Positions 50,654 to 63,213 of a DNA stretch of 64,000 bases are shown here, piece by piece. Every line of letters starts with the position of its first letter. The stretch's first letter is position 1. Under the pieces are notes generated by a model that saw nothing but the letters and a program-made list of their open reading frames with translations, ran no database searches and was not told the DNA's origin. The position numbers were made by a program, and so were the translations under genes. Source of the stretch: Octopus vulgaris (lineage: Eukaryota); assembly GCA_951406725.2 (NCBI GenBank), contig OX597817.1:25296001-25360000 (forward strand), written 5' to 3'.

Positions 50654-50810
50654 CCGGAGTTAGGACATAAATGTGAAACAAGGTAGAAAAAAGAGTACTC
50701 AAATACCAGAGGTTGAGTAATATGCTTTATTTAAAAGCAGCAGAAATATAACAAAAGCTGTTACTCAGAGTTTCCCGTTCCTCGTTCGTCGGACAGTTAT
50801 TGTTAACACA
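50652..50810 (-). mobile_element. Probable PLE pLTR fragment abutting (TA)n, with HHR variant
   Basis: HHR-like core followed by AATAAA and a short tail that ends in the microsatellite. Confidence 0.55.
50758..50796 (-). ncRNA. Hammerhead-like motif, U4C core variant
   Basis: Minus strand reads CUGU-CCGACGA-aCG(aggaa)CGg-GAAA-CUC(u)GAG-UA-ACAG: 4-bp stem I and GUA triplet. Confidence 0.5.
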
Positions 50811-50817
50811 GAACCTT

Positions 50818-51227
50818 AGGCGGCGAGCTGGCAGAAACGTTAGCGCTCCGGGCGAAATGCTTAGCGGTAGTTCGTCTGCGTTACGTTGTGAGTTCAAATT
50901 CCGCCGAGGTCGACTTTGCCTTTCATCCTTTCGGGGTCGATAAATTAAGTACCAGTTACGAACTGGGATCGATGTAATCGACTTAATACCTATGTCTGTC
51001 CTTGTTTGTTCCTTCTGTGTTTAGCCCCTTGTGGGTAATAAAGAAATAGGTAGTTCGTCTGACGTTACGTTCTGAGTTCAAATTCCGCCGAGGTAGACTT
51101 TGCCTTTCATCCTTTCGGGGTCGATAAATAAAGTACCAATTTCGCACTGGGGTCGATGTAATCGACTTAATCCGTTTGTCTGTCCTTGTTTGTCCCCTCT
51201 ATGTTTATCCCCTTGTGGATAGTAAAG

Positions 51228-51231
<4 letters not shown>
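50818..51231 (+). mobile_element. Family B SINE dimer
   Basis: One head and two tandem body units joined at AAAGAAATAGGTAGTTCGTCTG. Confidence 0.9.
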
Positions 51232-51295
<64 letters not shown>

Positions 51296-51822
51296 ATATA
51301 AGCACACACATACATATGTATACTGACACACACATACATATATGTGATAGATAGATAGATAGATAGATATAAATATGTATGTATTATATATCAAGACGTT
51401 TAAATTTTCATCTATACACATAGACATATTTATGTTTGTGGTTGGGGGTGAAGGCCTGGTTTGGGTTGAATTATACTCAAGTTTTTATTTACGTATGTAA
51501 AATTGGTGATATGATTAATCGATATAAAACAAAAGGAAACGTTTAGACTTTCTGTGATGAATATTAGGTCGAGCTTCTGTCAAGAGTATGTAAATATATT
51601 TTACTGACTGTTGACTGATGAAATTTGTGTTAAAGGAAATATTAAACATATTACAATAATTGATTTACACTTACAGATATTCATATGTACGTATGTATAT
51701 TTACAGTAACACCACAACAATATATATTTGTGTAAATATCTGTGTGCATATACGTATGTATATGGAAATATGTACATACACAGAGAGTTAGTGAGAAATA
51801 TGTAATTTGTTATTTCTTTTAG

Positions 51823-51855
51823 ATATCAGCGAGAGTATGTATGGATGCAATTGAG
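51823..51855 (+). other. Candidate 33-nt short exon
   Basis: TTTGTTATTTCTTTTAG|ATATCAGCGAGAGTATGTATGGATGCAATTGAG|GTAGGC. Two frames are open (ISARVCMDAIE or YQREYVWMQL). No transcript evidence. Confidence 0.3.
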
Positions 51856-52204
51856 GTAGGCAAACAAAAATGAAAAATGACTATTAAACACCCAGTAAAT
51901 TCTTACGGGAAATATAAAGCAGTTATATTGAACGGTATTTTATTTCATATGCAGTTAAAATATTGTTTACAGTAATGTAAATCAGAATATTATTGGATAT
52001 AGACAAATTTCTCTACGAAATACCATATGAACCTACATCACGGTAAGAATCGCAAATAAGGGAGACGTTGTGCATCTCCCTCGTTCGCCAAAACGAAACA
52101 CAGAGTAAGGGCCGTGGAAATGAAATGTCATAATCTAAGAATCACGCTAGCAGTAGAACCTCAGTATAACCATAATTCATGGCTGTAATATGTAAGTTTA
52201 TATA

Positions 52205-52312
52205 TGTGTCTACCCACGTCACTGTATGTATGTATGTATGTATGTATGTATGTATGTATGTATGTATGTATGTATGTATGTATGTATGTATGTATGTATG
52301 TATGTATGTATG
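52205..52312. repeat. (TATG)n microsatellite
   Basis: Direct reading. Confidence 0.95.
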
Positions 52313-52372
52313 CATGAATCTACCTATCTATCTATATACACGCACACACGCACACATATACATATATTATAA

Positions 52373-52772
52373 TCTTACTCTTACTCTTTTACTTGTTTCA
52401 GTCATTTGACTGCGGCCATGCTGGAGCACCACCTTTTTTAGTCGAGCAAATCGACCCCGGGACTTATTCTTTGTAAGCCCAGTACTTATTCTATCAGTCT
52501 CTTTTGCCGAACCGCTAAGTGACGGGGACGTAAACACACCAGCATCGGTTGTCAAGCAATGCTAGGGGGACAAACACAGACACACAAACACACACACATA
52601 CATATATATATCTACATATATACGACAGGCTTCTTTCAGTTTCCGTCTACAAGACATTGGTCGGCCCGAGGTTATAGCAGAAGACACTTGCCCAAGATAC
52701 CACGCAGTGGGACTGAACTCGGAACCATGTGGTTGTTTAGCAAGCTACTTACCACACAGCCACTCCTGCGCC
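52373..52772 (-). mobile_element. Family A SINE
   Basis: Near full length, flanked by TATATTATA on both sides. Confidence 0.9.
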
Positions 52773-52809
52773 TATATTATATTGATGTTTTCGATCTAAT
52801 TTGGATTCC

Positions 52810-53170
52810 TTGCCATCAAATTTGAATTCTTTGCAAGGGTCGTGGGCAGAACTCGCACGGGACGGTCGGTGCAGGTCGAGGATGTTGAAGACGCTCCTTT
52901 TTTCTCCTGCGTTTTGCCACCTCATTCTGCTGGCTCCATTGCGGATAGCAGACCTCCAGGCTGTCTTATCCATGGCAATTGAGATGTGCAGTCTGGATGA
53001 AGCTTTGTCCCGCCTGCTCACCAGGCACTGCCCTTTTCCGCCGGAATCAATCCTTGGGAGCTTGAGATAGCTCGCCTCCGCTTTAAGTTGTACCGTACAG
53101 TTATGCTTGCAAATGGTCTGTTGTATCATAAATCTAGACAGGTGTTGACTATTTTGTGAGGCCGGTGTGA
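52810..53170 (-). mobile_element. Decayed RTE/BovB-like LINE 3' coding fragment
   Basis: IAMDKTAWRSAIRNGA...EKR matches the RTE C-terminal A.DR..WR motif. Confidence 0.55.
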
Positions 53171-54354
53171 CCATTTTATGTACTATGAGGTACGAAATGT
53201 CCTTATGAAAAAAAACGAACATTTTCATCATTTCTCATTTCATGCTTATTTACTTTATTAGGTAAAATTGACCAAGTTATTCCCGAGTGGAAGTTGAAGA
53301 AGCCAGTATAGTTGTAGATTATCAAACAGAAAAAAAAATCTTTTAAAAATGTATTCAGCAATATAGAATATTGTGCAGTGATATCTAAACCATTTGAGAA
53401 TATCTGCATTCCAACCTCAGATTTGCATTACTTTAAACTGTTCTGAGCCGGTGTGCATGTATGCTATATAGCTTCCTGAACTAAAAAAAGTACAAACAAT
53501 TTAAGAAGATAACTTAATACAGTAATAGAGATACTTTCAAATAGGTTTTCTATCAGTGAAAGAGCAATTTAAAGCGAAATATAAATACCCTGTGTCACCC
53601 GAGATTTTGAAAGCATAAAATTACTTGGATTGAAGCTTCGAAGAAATTTTGCAAATAAGTCTTTTATTTAAATGGGTTTATTTTTTTTTACATTAATATA
53701 TTGCATAAGCACTAAAAGCGTAAAAATTTACCTTTCACAGCATAAGATATTTAATCATAACTCTCATAAAATAACGTACGAGTGAATTTAAACGAACCAC
53801 AATGTTATGTGTAGTGTAGTGGCTTACATTTTATAAAATAAATGAATCATTCATCAGTTATGTTATAAAGGATTAACCGTTTCGTAATTTGTTTCAACTT
53901 CTGAAAATGAACGCTAACAGCACTAGAATGAACCTTGATCAATATCAGACCTAATGTAGCTTTTGAAATATGGTTAAATAAAAAATTACTATTGGTGTGC
54001 GATTACAGTCACACGTGTTTAAATGTAATAACACTAATATTCTTTTTTCTATGAAGTTGACTAGAATATTTTCAACTATAACTAAAGGATCGTCAATTGA
54101 AGGCATGACAAGAAAACTATGGGGCTGGCGCTATGAGAAATTTTCTTTGTTATTATTAAACCAGCCACGAAGAGCATCCAAATCTCTTCAAACTCACAAC
54201 CGCAAGCCTTTTAAAATGTGACGTAATTGATAATGTTATGTTAGAAAATTTATCTGAAGAACAAAACAGGCGAGAGCATAACTGCTGGAATGCATTTTAT
54301 TAATATGTTTGTTTAATCAAATTTAAACTAAGTTTAAACAACAATAGGAAACTA

Positions 54355-55620
54355 TTAGGTTGGCAACTAAGTTCGCGCCGTTTTTTAAAATTTAAATTTT
54401 GTAAAAGGTTTAATAAAAAATAACAACTAATTAATCAATAATGTATTCACCCTTGTTGTTTACAACTTCTTCCCAACGTTCAACAGGATTTTCAGTACCT
54501 CGTTGGTAGAAATCACCCGATTTCGACTAAAAAACCTCATCCAACCAAGTTCTCAATTCTGCATCAGAATTGAACGAAACTCCGCGCACAGCATTTGAAA
54601 GAGACCGAAAGAGGTAGAAATTCGTTGGTGCCAAATCTGTAAAGTGCGGTGGGTGTGGCAGCACTTCCCACCCATGCGTTTGAATGGCTTCCTTGGTCAC
54701 ATTGGCGATATGAGGGAGGGCGTTGTCGTGCAGCAGAAGAACTCCATGCTACCGATTAGGTCTTTTCTCTTGAATACCCGTGTTGAGTCGTTCCACCTGT
54801 TGAACATAGAGTTGAGCGTTTGGTTCCGTTCAAGCAATTCGTAATGGATAATCCCTTCCCAGTCCCACTATACGCACAACATCGTTTTACACTGATGAAG
54901 ATCTTGTTTCACGCGCGATGTTACTTGTTTATCAGGGCGAAGCCATTCCTTACGCTGCTTTATATTGATGTACAGGCACCATTTTTCGTCGCCAGTAACG
55001 ATTCAGTAAAGAAATTGTTGCTTGTGTCCATGAGTTGAGCGGTGACGAGCAAGCAAACCAGCGGAGATTGTGGCTCGTTGATTTTTGTTGTTGTCACTTA
55101 AAGCATGCGGAACCCATACTCTATACTTCTGAACCTTTCCCATCGAGTGAAGATGCTTCTCTATAGCAGTGTGGGAGCATTCTATTTTCTTTGTCAGTTC
55201 CCTTGTTGTTTGCCTAGAATTGTTGTGCAAAATTTGGTTTAATCGCTCTTCATCGAACTCAACTGGACGGCTAGAACGAAGTGCGTCTTTGAGGTGAAAA
55301 TTTCCATTTTTGAACTTGGCATATCAATGACAAGCGGTTTTTTAAGTTATGGCACCCTCTCCATACACAGCACAAATGTCGCGAGCAGCTTTTGCAGCCT
55401 TAGAACCTTGATTAAAAGCAAAAAGGAGGTGTCGAAAATGCTCGTTTTTCTTAACTTGACGTTCCATTTTAATGATCTGAAAATAAACAAAAATTAACTA
55501 AAATAAAATAGAGAAAACAAAAAACAAAATAGATTCCAAAATGATTCAAAAATAGAATTCTCGACAAAAGCAATAGATTCCAAATTAAAAAAAACGGCGT
55601 GAACCTAGTTGCTAACCCAA
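54355..55620 (-). mobile_element. Near full-length mariner with both TIRs and TA TSD; transposase pseudogene about 54431-55467
   Basis: TIRs TTAGGTTGGCAACTAAGTTCGCGCCGTTTTT and TTGGGTTAGCAACTAGGTTCACGCCGTTTTT, with TA on each side. Peptides MERQVKKNEHFRH, WVPHAL, VTGDEKW, HDNALPH and APTNFYLFRSL, with in-frame stops. Confidence 0.95.
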
Positions 55621-56333
55621 TATAAATGTGATAGATATATACAAAGTTCTCTAATATGGCCTTAACCATGATGACTAAATTAAGCTAAAGAACTAAAAAT
55701 AAAAAAAGATGTCACTCAAACTCTGTTTCTACCAGCTCTTTTCCTTTATCTCAATGAAGATTTAAAATCGAAACCAAAAGTACCGAGTGCATCCACGCAC
55801 ATGAGACTTGGCGCACGAACTGTGAAATCCACAGAGTTTTTAGAAAATTAAAAATAACTAGTGAATTTTTAAAAGAAGTAGATGCAAAATTATTCGTTTT
55901 GTCTCTTCGTAAATTGCACTCTCCTAACAAATATGACCAGCTTTTTAATTCTTTAAATTTCAAGGTTTGACACTTACCCAAGAAAGGCTGAAATTTAAGG
56001 TTCATTCCAAAGCTAGGTTTTATAAGTAACCGAACTCCAAACGAAACTGTAAATGAATAAATGAAAATAGCAGTTATTTACCGTAACAAAATAACAATTA
56101 TTTACTGTAATAATAACAATAATTTCAATAATTAATCCAAAATACACATCAAAATATACACTACTCAGAAAATACGACCATGTAGCTCTTATGAATACCT
56201 ACACTTTCTGTCTGACTTGATACCATATCGACTCCCTTCATCAAAGTTGTTTTCACCTAAGTATTTTTTTTTGTTAGTGCTGCATATTTAATTACAATTA
56301 GGTTATTCATTGCAATTTAAGGTTATAATTATT

Positions 56334-56730
56334 CTTTCTACTCTAGGAACAAAGCTCAAAATTTTGAGGGAGGGTGCTAGTCGATTAGATCGACCCCAGT
56401 ATGCAACTGGTACTTAATTTATCGACGACTCCGAAGAGATGAAAGGCAAAGTCGACCTGGCGAAATTTGAACTCAGAATGTAAAGACAGACAAAATACCT
56501 ATTTCTTTACTAACCACAAGGGGCTAAACACAGAGAGGATAAACATGGACAGACAAACGGATTAAGTCGATGATATTGACCCCAGTGTGTAACTGGTACT
56601 TATTTAATCGACCTCGAAAGGATGAAAGGGAAAGTAGACCTTGGCGGAATTTGAACTCAGAATGTAATGGCAGACGAAATACCGTTAAGCATCTCCCCCG
56701 GCGTGCTAACGTTTCTGCCAGCTCGCCGCC
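56334..56730 (-). mobile_element. Family B SINE heterodimer (two subfamily tails) within one TSD
   Basis: The distal unit has a different tail (plus strand TTTCTACTCTAGG..GAGGGAGGG). TSD TAAGGTTATAA(T/A)TATT at 56318-56333 and 56731-56746. Confidence 0.85.
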
Positions 56731-56949
56731 TAAGGTTATAAATATTGAAACGAAAATAATAAGTAAGATCAAGGGAAAAGATTTTATAAGATTTATTTAT
56801 ACATACAAAACTAAAAAGGAAATTAAATGTGGCTTTAAATTATAACCAAATGGTAAATTTTATATATTTCAAATCAAATACTTCATTAAAATTCAGTAAA
56901 ATCACACTGTTCATCTTCAGAACTGAATAAACCATTATAATTTTAAGGA

Positions 56950-58400
56950 TGAACGATATAATTGTATGTATCCTCTTCGTCATCGCTGCCCTTAATTATA
57001 AGCTGAACATCATTTACTGCCTTTTCTTCATTCCTCAGATATTCGACTTCTGTACGATCCGATGTAATTGAAATTCATCATTTCTTGAATGATTTATTTC
57101 CTTCCATGAATTAAAGATCCGTTCAAAGATCAGCGGTAGTGATGGAGCCCGCATATTGCCTTCTTTCATGTAGGAGTTTTCTCCATCACGCATCCACTTA
57201 TTCCACCTCATTCTCCAGTTAAGCAACCTTCTTCCAGCCATACAATATACACGCAGCTTTCTTTTTCTTTCCAGTTATCACTATCTTTACGCCAGCAGAA
57301 ATATGCAATCGAAAAGTGATAATTAACTTTCGAACAAGAAATCTATTTTACACTGATATATTCTGACTAGAAAATAGAAATATATATAGTTTTTCTGATA
57401 ATACATACTACCAAGTAAATGTCTTTCCTGACAAAACGTTTATAATGTTTTATACCAAATCATGTGAAAGGTTAGAGCATAGCATGACTCTCTTGTATCC
57501 CCTACAACCCATCCTTCTTCCAGTATTGATCTTGGCTATTCTCCTTTCTAATACGGTTTCGGGACTTTTGTTGGATTAATGAAATTTGTCTAGATTTGTG
57601 TGGTGCCTCCAGATCTTAGCTCCCTAAGCAATTGCTTAATCCACTTTGTGCGTAGTATCAACTACTTCTTATGTTCTTAAATGGCATATTAATGCGAACA
57701 TCTAATGACAACAAGACATTTATTAATCTGTCAGGAATTAACACTCAGTGATCGGATATTAGGAATATTACTCTTCCTTACATGTGAACTAAAACTCATT
57801 CCAGATGAACACGCTTTTCTTCCATTGAGTTTTAAATTCGCAAATTTGATTATTCATTTTTAAATCATTCTTCATTCATTCAATATATGCAACCATTCCT
57901 TTCCGAACTCTTTTTTGGTATTTTTTTACTCCTAATATTAAGAACCGGATTTATTTAATTGCAGGTAAAAAGACTAAAGAAAACTTGATTTTATCATATC
58001 CAGTAGTTTTCACCAATACAGTTCTCTTGGCTATTTGGCTCACAATTCGATTCTTTCCAAGTCAATATTAAGAAGTGTTTCACCAATGCTTGGTAAGCAG
58101 TAGTCTTTCTTCAGCCGATTTATGATTACCAATTGCTGAGTTAATATCTAATCACCTCGATCAGCAGGGAACTTTTGTGCAATTTTTGGCCTATTCCGAG
58201 CTGTTAACTCTTCTGAACCTTGTGCTTAATCTCACAAACTTTGCACTAAATTTTGGTTATTTAAGGATGCACACGCTAGTCTCAATCTTGTAGCCGTTAT
58301 CTGCAGTACTTCTTCGATGAGGATCTTAAGACATTCGTAACCTAATACTTGCATCAATAGTACGTTAAAAGATAAAAGAAGAAGCGTTCATTAATGTCTT
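56950..58400 (-). mobile_element. Decayed pogo/Tigger-like transposase remnant
   Basis: Peptides IAQKFPAD, RTVLVKTTGYDK, VIPDRLINVLLSLDV.IN (compare VIPGGLT..LQPLDV..N) and WNKWMRDG...GNMRAPS...SWKEI. Confidence 0.7.
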
Positions 58401-58765
58401 TATGTGGAAGTACCAAATGCAAAGATAAGTTGCTTCCCGTAGCATAAACTGCAAATTGAAATGTGGCAAAATATTGCAAAGTGCTAATTATGAAATAGAT
58501 AAATAACAACGTGCATTCTAACATATAGACTTAGGTAAAATAGGCTTTCACCCCATCTTGTAAATAGAGACAATACTCCATGCTGAATTATGTTCGAAGT
58601 TATATTCACAAACCATATAGCATGCAATTATCAATGCATTATTTCAGTAACCAAATAAAAGATCCATGTTTTCTGCTATGAAGTAAATAAAAGCTAAATT
58701 TTATATATAATCCATTATCGTTGTTATGCCTACAGGCATTCCTTTTAAATTTCTCTATATCTTAC

Positions 58766-58888
58766 ATTAAATCCAAGAATATCAAAAATTATAAATTATC
58801 GACTGAGACGTAAGTATAAATGATCTTACATCATTTATACTTACGTCTCAGTCGATAATTTATAATTTTTGATATTCTTGGATTTAAT
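58766..58888. repeat. Perfect inverted repeat with 59-bp arms and a 5-nt loop
   Basis: 58766-58824 is the exact reverse complement of 58830-58888; the loop is CTTAC. Confidence 0.95.
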
Positions 58889-59067
58889 TTTTTTATCATG
58901 GACATTAAATCGAAATGGGATACTTGATTATGTTTGACGTTGTTTATCTGCTGGAGCCTAAGTGAGCTATGATTTATATCTGAGATAAATGTAATATTTA
59001 TTGTGGAAGAAGAAATAGCGTATGACAATAAAACATTTAAAATCTAATTCATAGAGAAAGACAGAGC

Positions 59068-59068
<1 letters not shown>

Positions 59069-59156
<88 letters not shown>
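59069..59156. repeat. (GA)n microsatellite
   Basis: Direct reading. Confidence 0.95.
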
Positions 59157-59159
<3 letters not shown>

Positions 59160-60666
59160 CAAAGCCTGTAGTCGTTGTGTCGCGGAAAGCTATGAACAAA
59201 AATATAAGAAATATGAGTTCCGAGCACTATCCGATGACCTGCTGATTTTGTGTTGCATAGGGATCCTTATAATGTCTTCCACTTTCCTGTTTTCTCTCCC
59301 CTCTCCCTCTCTAGGTGTGTATGTGTCTATAAAGGCAGAAAATTAATAGACTCTTCAGAGCATCTTACATTGTTTTACAGTATTCGTTTCGGCTCTTTGC
59401 ACTCCAAATCCAGCTAAGGATAATTTTTGCCTACAATTCTTTCAGGATCCAGAACCCACCAGTCAAATACTGCTTCAGTTTTTTCTCTTTTAGACTTTTT
59501 CATTCATTGTCTTTGTATCTCTGTCTGTTTGTCAGTCTGACAGTCTCTCACCCCCACACACTTTTCTTTCTTTCTCTCTCTCTCTCTTTTCAAAATTCCA
59601 AACCCGGAGAAAAGTCAGCTCCGACAGATTTAAAGTTCCTCAAGATACTCCATATATACTTCAAGCAACCACAATAGCAGACACTAAGTTGACAGGCTGA
59701 GGCGAAACAGGAACGTAGACAGGTACAATATATCAAGCAGCCACGCATTGTGTTATTGTTACGGTCATAGGTTAGGGAATGATGAAGGGAAGGCGAGGCT
59801 GCGCTGCTACAAGGTCAGAAGTAAAGCAGTACATGGATATGGTGCTGGAGAGACAAATTTGCAAAGATACTTCTTTATATACACAGGCATATATAAACAC
59901 TCAAATTTTCTCTGCTTTCATAGAAAATAAACATTTTAGCAATCCACCGTTATTTATGTTAGAAATTTGATTCGTTTGACACACAGAAACCTAAACGAAC
60001 ACACACATGCTATATACATTATATGTAGCTTTATTATTCCCCCCTCTCTCTCCATTTATATAAATGTGTGTGTGTATATATAAACGTGTGTATGTGTGTG
60101 TGTGTGTGTGTGCGATTATGCACATAGATAAGCATGCATAGTAATTTGTGTGTGTGTATTTAGAAAAAGAGAGATACGATCTGTATTTTGTTCAACACAT
60201 TAGGTATGGCGTGTGTAAAGCGTACCCTAATTTCAAGAAGATCAGTATTTTCCATGAGGAATCTACATTAAGCTCTGCTATTAACTTCATCAATTTCACA
60301 ATCCAAATTCTAGGACTATCAAGAGAAGACAAAGCAATCTGTGTGTTGCGTGATACAGATAAAACTGATTTGATTTCTTTATCTCATTCTTCAACTGCTT
60401 ACTTCTGCTCTCACACATATACATACTTATATATGTGCCTAACTAATAATGCTTCTGCTACACACACGCACATACGCGCGCACACACACACGTACGCTCA
60501 ATCGCGCGCGCACACAAAGACACACACACGCGCGCGCGCAGGCACTTACATCACATACGTCACACAGACACTCGCACACACATATTGACGTTCAAATGCT
60601 TTGCTATATTATAAACATATAAATATGCATTTGGGCATATACATACATACATACATACATACATAT

Positions 60667-60701
<35 letters not shown>

Positions 60702-60703
<2 letters not shown>

Positions 60704-60928
60704 AGCTGGCAGAACCGTTTGCATGCCGGGCGAAATGCGTAGCCGTATTTCGTCTGCCGTTACGTTCTGAGTTCAAATTCCGCCGAGGTCGACTTTGCCT
60801 TTCATCCCTTCGGGGTCGATTAAATAAAGTACCAGTTACGCACTGGGGTCGATGTAATCGACTGAATTCGTTTGTCTGTCCTTGTTTGTCCCCTCTGTGT
60901 TTTGCCCCTTGTGGGTAGTAAAGAAACA
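60702..60928 (+). mobile_element. Family B SINE monomer within microsatellite
   Basis: Homology to family B. Confidence 0.9.
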
Positions 60929-60969
<41 letters not shown>

Positions 60970-61847
60970 ATAATCACATAAATGTATATATATGTGTTGA
61001 TATATATTTAAATTTTACACTTTCGCCTTAACTGGAAAGCTACTTAATACGTAGTCTACATTAGGTTGTATATTTAAAACGAATTCTTTTTCTCGCGACT
61101 CAAGTTTTAAACTGATGTGCTGTCTTTCTTCGAAACTAGGGCTGGTTCAATAAATTCTGGCGTAGGTTCATTTCCCTTAGCAGTCTCTGATGTTATCTTA
61201 TTAAGACTTGGTATGAAGTTGTCGTCACTTGCTTTAACAATGTTTGTAGTTTATTCTGCAGTAGCGTACTTCCCGTTCTTTGTCCTATGTTTCTAATATT
61301 TTTCTTTGTCCAGAATTGTTTGTATAATTTTATCCGTTGACTATTTTAAAAGTTGCTCCACTCAAAAATGTCGATTGTGCAAATGCATCTTTTTTGGATA
61401 AGTTGTGTCATGTCCTAGAACAACTGCTTCATTGGGCAACAGAAGGCAATATGCGGAAAATATCAGAAAAATTCAAGTTAAGAAAAACAGGATATATAAA
61501 AACAAATAACAAAAAAAAATCGAATCAATGAAAGTAGAACAACCAAATGATTGGCAAACGGAATAACAATCATAGACAATGCCTTAAGAAAATAACATTA
61601 GAAACTAACCAATAAAAACGATAGCCATAGACAGTAAACTGAATCTGTTCTAATGCAGATCCGAAAGAGAAATTCGTGCCAAGAAGTAAAACATTCGATC
61701 TAAAGAAAATATATATACTAGGCTGGCCAAAATGACCGCTCAAGCTACTTGTGCATACGCACTCGTTGGATACTTGACACTTCAACGTTAGATTATTGAG
61801 AATTGCTTTGAGGCAGGTTGTATTTTGCGTGCTTGTGATCACTCTAG

Positions 61848-62698
61848 TATTGGAGAACCATAGCGAACGTTATCGACATCATATGAATTTGTTTTATTTT
61901 TTTAAAAAGGCAAGAAAGCGGCAGAAACACGCAGAAACATATATGCTGTGTATGGAGAGGTAATCGTTAAGGGATGTGTATGCCAGAAGTAGTTTTCAAG
62001 ATTCCGATTAGGAAACTTTTCAGTTCAAGTTGCACCTTCATCTTGTGATTAACCACGGCAAAATTAAGGAGCTAGTCCATACTAAACCCCGTTATAAAAC
62101 CTGTAGTATAACAGATATATTCCTCCAGTATCCAAATCGCGTCGAGCTGAAAAACACCTACTACAGTCAGGAAGCTCGATGAAAAAGGTTATGCTTTCAG
62201 TTTGTTGAGATTGGAACATTGTTGATTTTTTGAGCTTCTTCTCAAAGACAGGTCCGTCATATCGGACAAAATGTGATTGTGGCCAGCAAGACAAATTAAA
62301 CGCTACGATCCATCAGAAGCGTCCAACACTTGCTAACCGTGAGAACATTGTCATGCAATACGACAACGCCAGACTGCACACGTCTTTGCAGACCCAAAAA
62401 AAGGTTACTGCAACGTGGCTGCAACGTTTTACCGCACCCTCCCTTTTTGCCTGACATTGCATCTTCAGATTTACACCTGTTTCTGTCTCTTCAAAATTCA
62501 TTGAGTGGACAGACCTTAGACTCTGAAAATGAAGTAAAAAACTTGCTTGTGAGAGATTTTCACCAGTGAATACAGGAAATTCCTCGAACAGAGAATCATG
62601 GATCTGACCACAAGATGGCAGAGAACACTGAAACGAAACGTACCCGTATCATTGATAGAATTGTTTAAAACCGAAAGAACGTTTTGCCCAACAGCACA
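61848..62698 (+). mobile_element. Decayed, internally deleted mariner
   Basis: Peptides KKGKKAAETRRNIYAVYGE, NRENIVMQYDNARLHTS and LPHPPFLPDIASSDLHLFLSLQNSL, with a TIR-like end near 62695. Confidence 0.85.
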
Positions 62699-62707
62699 CA
62701 CACGCAC

Positions 62708-62762
<55 letters not shown>

Positions 62763-62768
62763 ACACAC

Positions 62769-62799
<31 letters not shown>

Positions 62800-62981
62800 T
62801 GCACATACATATGCACGCACAAATCTTTACTTATGTTTGTCGTTCAAATACAGGTCAAGGTCTACTCCGAATTATTCCTCTTAGACAATTAGTTTCATTT
62901 CATACATATATACATGCTTACCACCATACAGACGTAAACATATACATACATACACACACATATATATATACATTTACACAC

Positions 62982-63048
<67 letters not shown>

Positions 63049-63079
63049 TAAATAGATAGATAGATAGATAGATAGATAT

Positions 63080-63116
<37 letters not shown>

Positions 63117-63179
63117 AAAAAAGATAGATAGATACATACATACGTACGTAGTACGCACATACATTCATACATACATACA

Positions 63180-63212
<33 letters not shown>
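62699..63212. repeat. Microsatellite cluster (CA, TA, GATA, TACA)
   Basis: Direct reading. Confidence 0.9.

Positions 63213-63213
<1 letters not shown>

Noticed and set aside
57950-57972. CAG|GTAA recursive-splice-like sites (also near 14497 and 63670)
   Set aside because: They lie in or near decayed repeats, have non-consensus donors, and are expected by chance.
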